DNA from: Podarcis melisellensis
Lineage: Eukaryota
DNA length: 64,000 nt
Direction: 5' to 3' (one strand)
Assembly: GCA_964234715.1 (NCBI GenBank)
Contig: OZ174279.1
Part shown: positions 62,101 to 64,000 of the stretch, piece after piece
Numbering within the stretch: the first letter of the stretch is position 1
How the letters are laid out: the number at the start of each line of letters is the position of its first letter
The notes under the pieces: generated by a model
What the model saw: only the letters and a program-made list of their open reading frames with translations
Told to the model about the DNA's origin: nothing
Database searches by the model: none
Program-made: the position numbers and the translations under genes

Positions 62101-62424
62101 CTCGTGTCTAAAGAGCGAACAGGGCGGCTCGTCCCTTTCACCACCTTCCACCTCGGCTGCGTGCCTGACGGGGCCGGCGGCCACCCCAAGCGAGAGCGCG
62201 GGGAGGAGGGCGAGGCCGTGCTGCGGTCAGCGTGGCGGGTGCCTGGGCCTCCCAAGCGTGGCGGGAGCCTAGGCCTCGGCCTCCATTACTAAGCATAATG
62301 GGGGCGCGGGCGGGGCGAGGAGGCGGGCCCTCCCCCCGGCCCCGCTGGCGAGCGGCCCCCGAGCTCTGCACTCACCGTTCGCCCGCTTTAGGGCGTTCTC
62401 GGGCCGCTGGAAGTAGACCGGCAT
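37969..62424 (-). CDS. EIF3A: Eukaryotic translation initiation factor 3 subunit A, 22 coding exons, 1394 aa
   Basis: Exons assembled by hand sum to 4185 nt in frame, all GT-AG. N-terminus [28 protein letters not shown] region, charged coiled coil, DDDRGPRRG repeats, C-terminus [10 protein letters not shown]. Confidence 0.97.
38793..38986 (-). CDS. EIF3A: EIF3A exon 21 (194 nt)
   Basis: [31 protein letters not shown]...PRTDREE. Confidence 0.9.
39425..39593 (-). CDS. EIF3A: EIF3A exon 20 (169 nt)
   Basis: [28 protein letters not shown]...HFRRP(R). Confidence 0.92.
40417..41255 (-). CDS. EIF3A: EIF3A exon 19 (839 nt, decapeptide repeat exon)
   Basis: [10 protein letters not shown]...([10 protein letters not shown])n...PWRPYGKP. 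Confidence 0.93.
40470..41120 (-). repeat. Coding 30-nt tandem repeat ([10 protein letters not shown] decapeptide)
   Basis: Plus-strand unit cctgtcatcatccagaccacgcctggggcc repeated about 20 times with variants. Confidence 0.95.
42100..42450 (+). mobile_element. Degenerate L2-type LINE fragment
   Basis: [17 protein letters not shown]-like remnant followed by an AT-rich tail. Confidence 0.45.
42632..42726 (-). CDS. EIF3A: EIF3A exon 18 (95 nt)
   Basis: [31 protein letters not shown](R), phase consistent. Confidence 0.9.
43767..44008. mobile_element. Tigger/pogo-like MITE, EIF3A intron 17
   Basis: TA|CAGTGGTACCTC ... GAGGATGACTG|TA. Confidence 0.8.
45017..45201 (-). CDS. EIF3A: EIF3A exon 17 (185 nt)
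   Basis: [42 protein letters not shown]...PLSRK. Confidence 0.92.
45648..45801 (-). CDS. EIF3A: EIF3A exon 16 (154 nt)
   Basis: [30 protein letters not shown]...EKMLK(E). Confidence 0.92.
45943..46574 (+). mobile_element. CR1 LINE fragment (RT plus 3' end, internally deleted), EIF3A intron 15
   Basis: [48 protein letters not shown] and [15 protein letters not shown]; ends in ctatgattcta. Confidence 0.85.
46936..47058 (-). CDS. EIF3A: EIF3A exon 15 (123 nt)
   Basis: [41 protein letters not shown]. Confidence 0.93.
47652..47765 (-). CDS. EIF3A: EIF3A exon 14 (114 nt)
   Basis: [38 protein letters not shown]. Confidence 0.93.
47884..47988 (-). CDS. EIF3A: EIF3A exon 13 (105 nt)
   Basis: [35 protein letters not shown]. 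Confidence 0.93.
48165..48515 (+). mobile_element. Sauria SINE, full length, EIF3A intron 12
   Basis: Same head and tail as the 943 copy. 15-bp TSD taatattcagaaata at 48150-48164 and 48516-48530. Confidence 0.92.
48768..49115 (-). CDS. EIF3A: EIF3A exon 12 (348 nt)
   Basis: [30 protein letters not shown]...AFKDIDIE. Confidence 0.93.
49272..49497. mobile_element. Tigger/pogo-like MITE, EIF3A intron 11
   Basis: TA|CAGTGGTACCTC...GAGGTACCACTG|TA perfect 12-bp TIRs, internal TAACCTGAA repeats. Confidence 0.88.
49797..49982 (-). CDS. EIF3A: EIF3A exon 11 (186 nt)
   Basis: [42 protein letters not shown]...KPPHIL. Confidence 0.93.
51332..51448 (-). CDS. EIF3A: EIF3A exon 10 (117 nt)
   Basis: [39 protein letters not shown]. 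Confidence 0.95.
51643..51774 (-). ncRNA. SNORA19: H/ACA snoRNA SNORA19 (ACA19), copy in EIF3A intron 9
   Basis: Minus strand reads AUGCACAUGUCAUUGACCUG...UAUUUCUGAUGUGCU-AAAGGA (H box)...UUGAAGGCUAAUUAGCAGC...GCUGCCAGUCUCCUUCAC-ACA-UAG. Two hairpins; resembles human ACA19 as I recall it, which is also hosted by EIF3A. Confidence 0.9.
52888..52949. repeat. Perfect 31-bp tandem duplication
   Basis: tgaccaagtagaagtccttgagcaggactac x2. Confidence 0.92.
53112..53210 (-). CDS. EIF3A: EIF3A exon 9 (99 nt)
   Basis: [33 protein letters not shown]. Confidence 0.93.
53320..53670 (-). mobile_element. Possible L1/Tx1-type LINE 3' remnant
   Basis: [13 protein letters not shown]...[11 protein letters not shown]-like ORF2 C-terminal remnant followed by a G-rich 3' UTR. 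Confidence 0.4.
53958..54087 (-). ncRNA. SNORA19: Second SNORA19-family H/ACA snoRNA, in EIF3A intron 8
   Basis: GCACGUUUCAUUGUC...GAUAUUUCUAAUGUGCU-AGAUAA (H box)...UGAAGGUAAAUUAGCAGUG...CACUGUCAGUCACCUUCAA-ACA-CAA. Same guide segments as the intron 9 copy. Confidence 0.82.
54575..54679 (-). CDS. EIF3A: EIF3A exon 8 (105 nt)
   Basis: [35 protein letters not shown]. Confidence 0.93.
55124..55295 (-). CDS. EIF3A: EIF3A exon 7 (172 nt)
   Basis: [28 protein letters not shown]...SLINDM. Confidence 0.95.
55464..55672 (-). CDS. EIF3A: EIF3A exon 6 (209 nt)
   Basis: [23 protein letters not shown]...TQEEMQ(R). Confidence 0.95.
56562..56761 (-). CDS. EIF3A: EIF3A exon 5 (200 nt)
   Basis: [21 protein letters not shown]...AISMELWQ. 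Confidence 0.95.
57431..57594 (-). CDS. EIF3A: EIF3A exon 4 (164 nt)
   Basis: [31 protein letters not shown]...HDIAQQ. Confidence 0.95.
57925..58061 (-). CDS. EIF3A: EIF3A exon 3 (137 nt)
   Basis: [20 protein letters not shown]...DNIQTPE(S). Confidence 0.95.
58404..58594 (-). CDS. EIF3A: EIF3A exon 2 (191 nt)
   Basis: [28 protein letters not shown]...KNICQQ, ag/gt flanks. Confidence 0.95.
61293..61475. mobile_element. hAT-type MITE, EIF3A intron 1
   Basis: TAGGCATGTCCAAA...TTTGGGCACCCCTG; 8-bp TSD ctctgggg / ctatgggg. Confidence 0.7.
61465..61701. repeat. Tandem duplication, 2 x ~118 bp
   Basis: gggcacccctgctatggggg...catttcctgcagcg at 61465-61582 and 61583-61701. Confidence 0.92.
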
Positions 62425-62830
62425 GATGGCGACGGCTTCTCCTCACACGGCAACGAGCCCCAAGGAGCGCCCAGCCAGGCAGCAAAGCGAGGCCGGAAAT
62501 GGAGCGCGTCACGTGACGCGCCCCGCGCATGGACGTGTCCGGAAGCGAAGGTGCCTGTCGCGGAGGCGGGTGGAGGGGGCGGGGTCAGTCCCGAGCTTTC
62601 GAAACGCCCAACGTTCGAAGGGCGCATGCGCGAGGAGGTTCCGCTTAGAGCGGGTCCGGTGGTGGGGAGTTCGAGGCCAGCGCTGCTCAGCCGGTTAGGG
62701 GGCGGTTTGAATGATCCTGCGCTTGTTTGTGGGCTACGAAGCGGGTTCCGTGATAGAAGTTTATAAAACTGTGCGCGGCACGGATAAGATTTTCTCCCCG
62801 TCGCGGGATTCTAGAACTCGAGGGCATCCG
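61750..62830 (-). promoter_or_regulatory. EIF3A CpG-island promoter
   Basis: CpG-rich. ETS CCGGAA at 62493 and 62539, E-box palindrome GTCACGTGAC 62508-62517, GC box 62575-62584, NRF1 GCGCATGCGC 62622-62631. Confidence 0.85.
62376..62424 (-). CDS. EIF3A: EIF3A exon 1 (coding part, 49 nt)
   Basis: [16 protein letters not shown](E), donor gtgag. Confidence 0.95.
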
Positions 62831-63299
62831 ATGAAGCTGAATAGTGGAAGGTTCAAGACAGATTAAAAGAAAGGGTTTCTTCCACAGTTATACTGTGGAA
62901 CTCACTTCCACTGGAGGCAAGGGATTGCCATCAACCTGGATGACTTTAAAAAAGGATTATGTTCTTGTGGCCTGTTGTGTTAAGGATTAGAGCACTCCAT
63001 GCTGAATTCTTTGCAATTGAGAGCCAGTGTGCATAATATGGTGTGCTGCGCTGCATTAATGTGTTCGTCTTTTAGACCTAAAAGACCCAGGTTCAGATCC
63101 CCATTCCAGCTATGGAGCTCACACAGTGACTTTACGCCAGTCACTGTTATAGCACAGCCTACCGTACGTTGTTGTGACATTCACATTATAACATCTTGAG
63201 CTCATTGGAGGGGGAAAGTGGGGGATGTACATTTAATTCATAAATAATTTTCTCCTACACCATTCCATTCCTATACTTCATTAAGTGAGACTGACAAAC

Positions 63300-63540
63300 T
63301 GCCTTTGGTTAGGGTTAAAAGTCTACTGGCAGCCAGTGCAGCTGTTTCAGAACATGTGACACACCGCCAAGCCAACTCAAATATGTCAATAGGCAAGAAA
63401 CAACATCTGCACTAGCTGAAGTGTCCAAACCACTCTTCAAGGCAGCTTCACAGAGAGCTCATTGTAATAATCCAGCCTGGAATTCACCATAGCACTAATG
63501 AAGGCCATGCATGTGGTTGGAACTGAGATCACTGGAACTG
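63300..63540 (-). mobile_element. Degenerate L2-type LINE fragment
   Basis: SAMVNSRLDYYNEL..KLP..LQLVQ resembles the L2 ORF2 motif ALVTSRLDYCNALY.GLP. Confidence 0.45.
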
Positions 63541-64000
63541 AAGTTTTCTAAGATTTCTAGCTGCATGGGAGATCTCCATTTTGGATTACAATGGGAGGGT
63601 GAAGAGATAAACCTCCCTGCCTTGCACACTGCCTTTCCAATAAGAATCCCCTCTGCCCTGCACATACATGAAGGGCCTGAGCCAAGTGATGATGTTATGA
63701 CAATCCTGCAAGGTAGTAGTGTTGTTACTGCCACATTGCTAATTAGCTGAAGATTGAAACCACTATGTATTATGACCTACACATTTTAGATAAGAGCTGA
63801 AGTTGATTGTGGTGTCTACTGGTGTGATTAAAAGAGGGAGACCAAGACTGGGGAGACCAGGGTTCAAATCCCCACCCAGTCCTGCAGCCCTGTCACACAA
63901 TGTCAGCTTATCCCACTTTACAGGGTTGTGAGGATAAAAAAATGTGACTTAAGTATGGCTCCCTTCAATGTCCTGGGAGAAGTGGTGGTTATAAATGCAA

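Noticed and set aside
1-64000. CRISPR array, viral or prokaryotic-type system
   Set aside because: Vertebrate genomic DNA. The only regular array is the coding eIF3a repeat, which has no unique spacers.

Overview
Squamate (lacertid-type lizard) nuclear DNA; the taxon is inferred from Sauria SINEs, an RTE/BovB LINE and squamate MITEs. The window holds two complete, convergent protein-coding genes, the NANOS1-EIF3A pair known from other amniotes. NANOS1 is intronless on + (ATG 29538, stop 30401, 287 aa, NIM motif plus two CCHC fingers, in a CpG island). EIF3A has 22 exons on - (ATG 62424, stop 37969; exons sum to 4185 nt, 1394 aa; all introns GT-AG and in phase). EIF3A introns 8 and 9 each carry a SNORA19/ACA19-type H/ACA snoRNA with diverged stems but conserved guide pockets. 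Positions 1-29,000 are non-coding and filled with SINEs, LINE fragments (BovB, L2, CR1) and MITEs, many with readable TSDs. I found no clearly novel multi-gene system. The best second-look items are the paired snoRNAs, a 7-unit higher-order repeat in the eIF3a decapeptide array, a MITE carrying NRF1/ETS/E-box promoter motifs, a structured element in EIF3A intron 17, a MITE inserted into a SINE B-box, and a CpG-protected CR1 copy next to the NANOS1 promoter.
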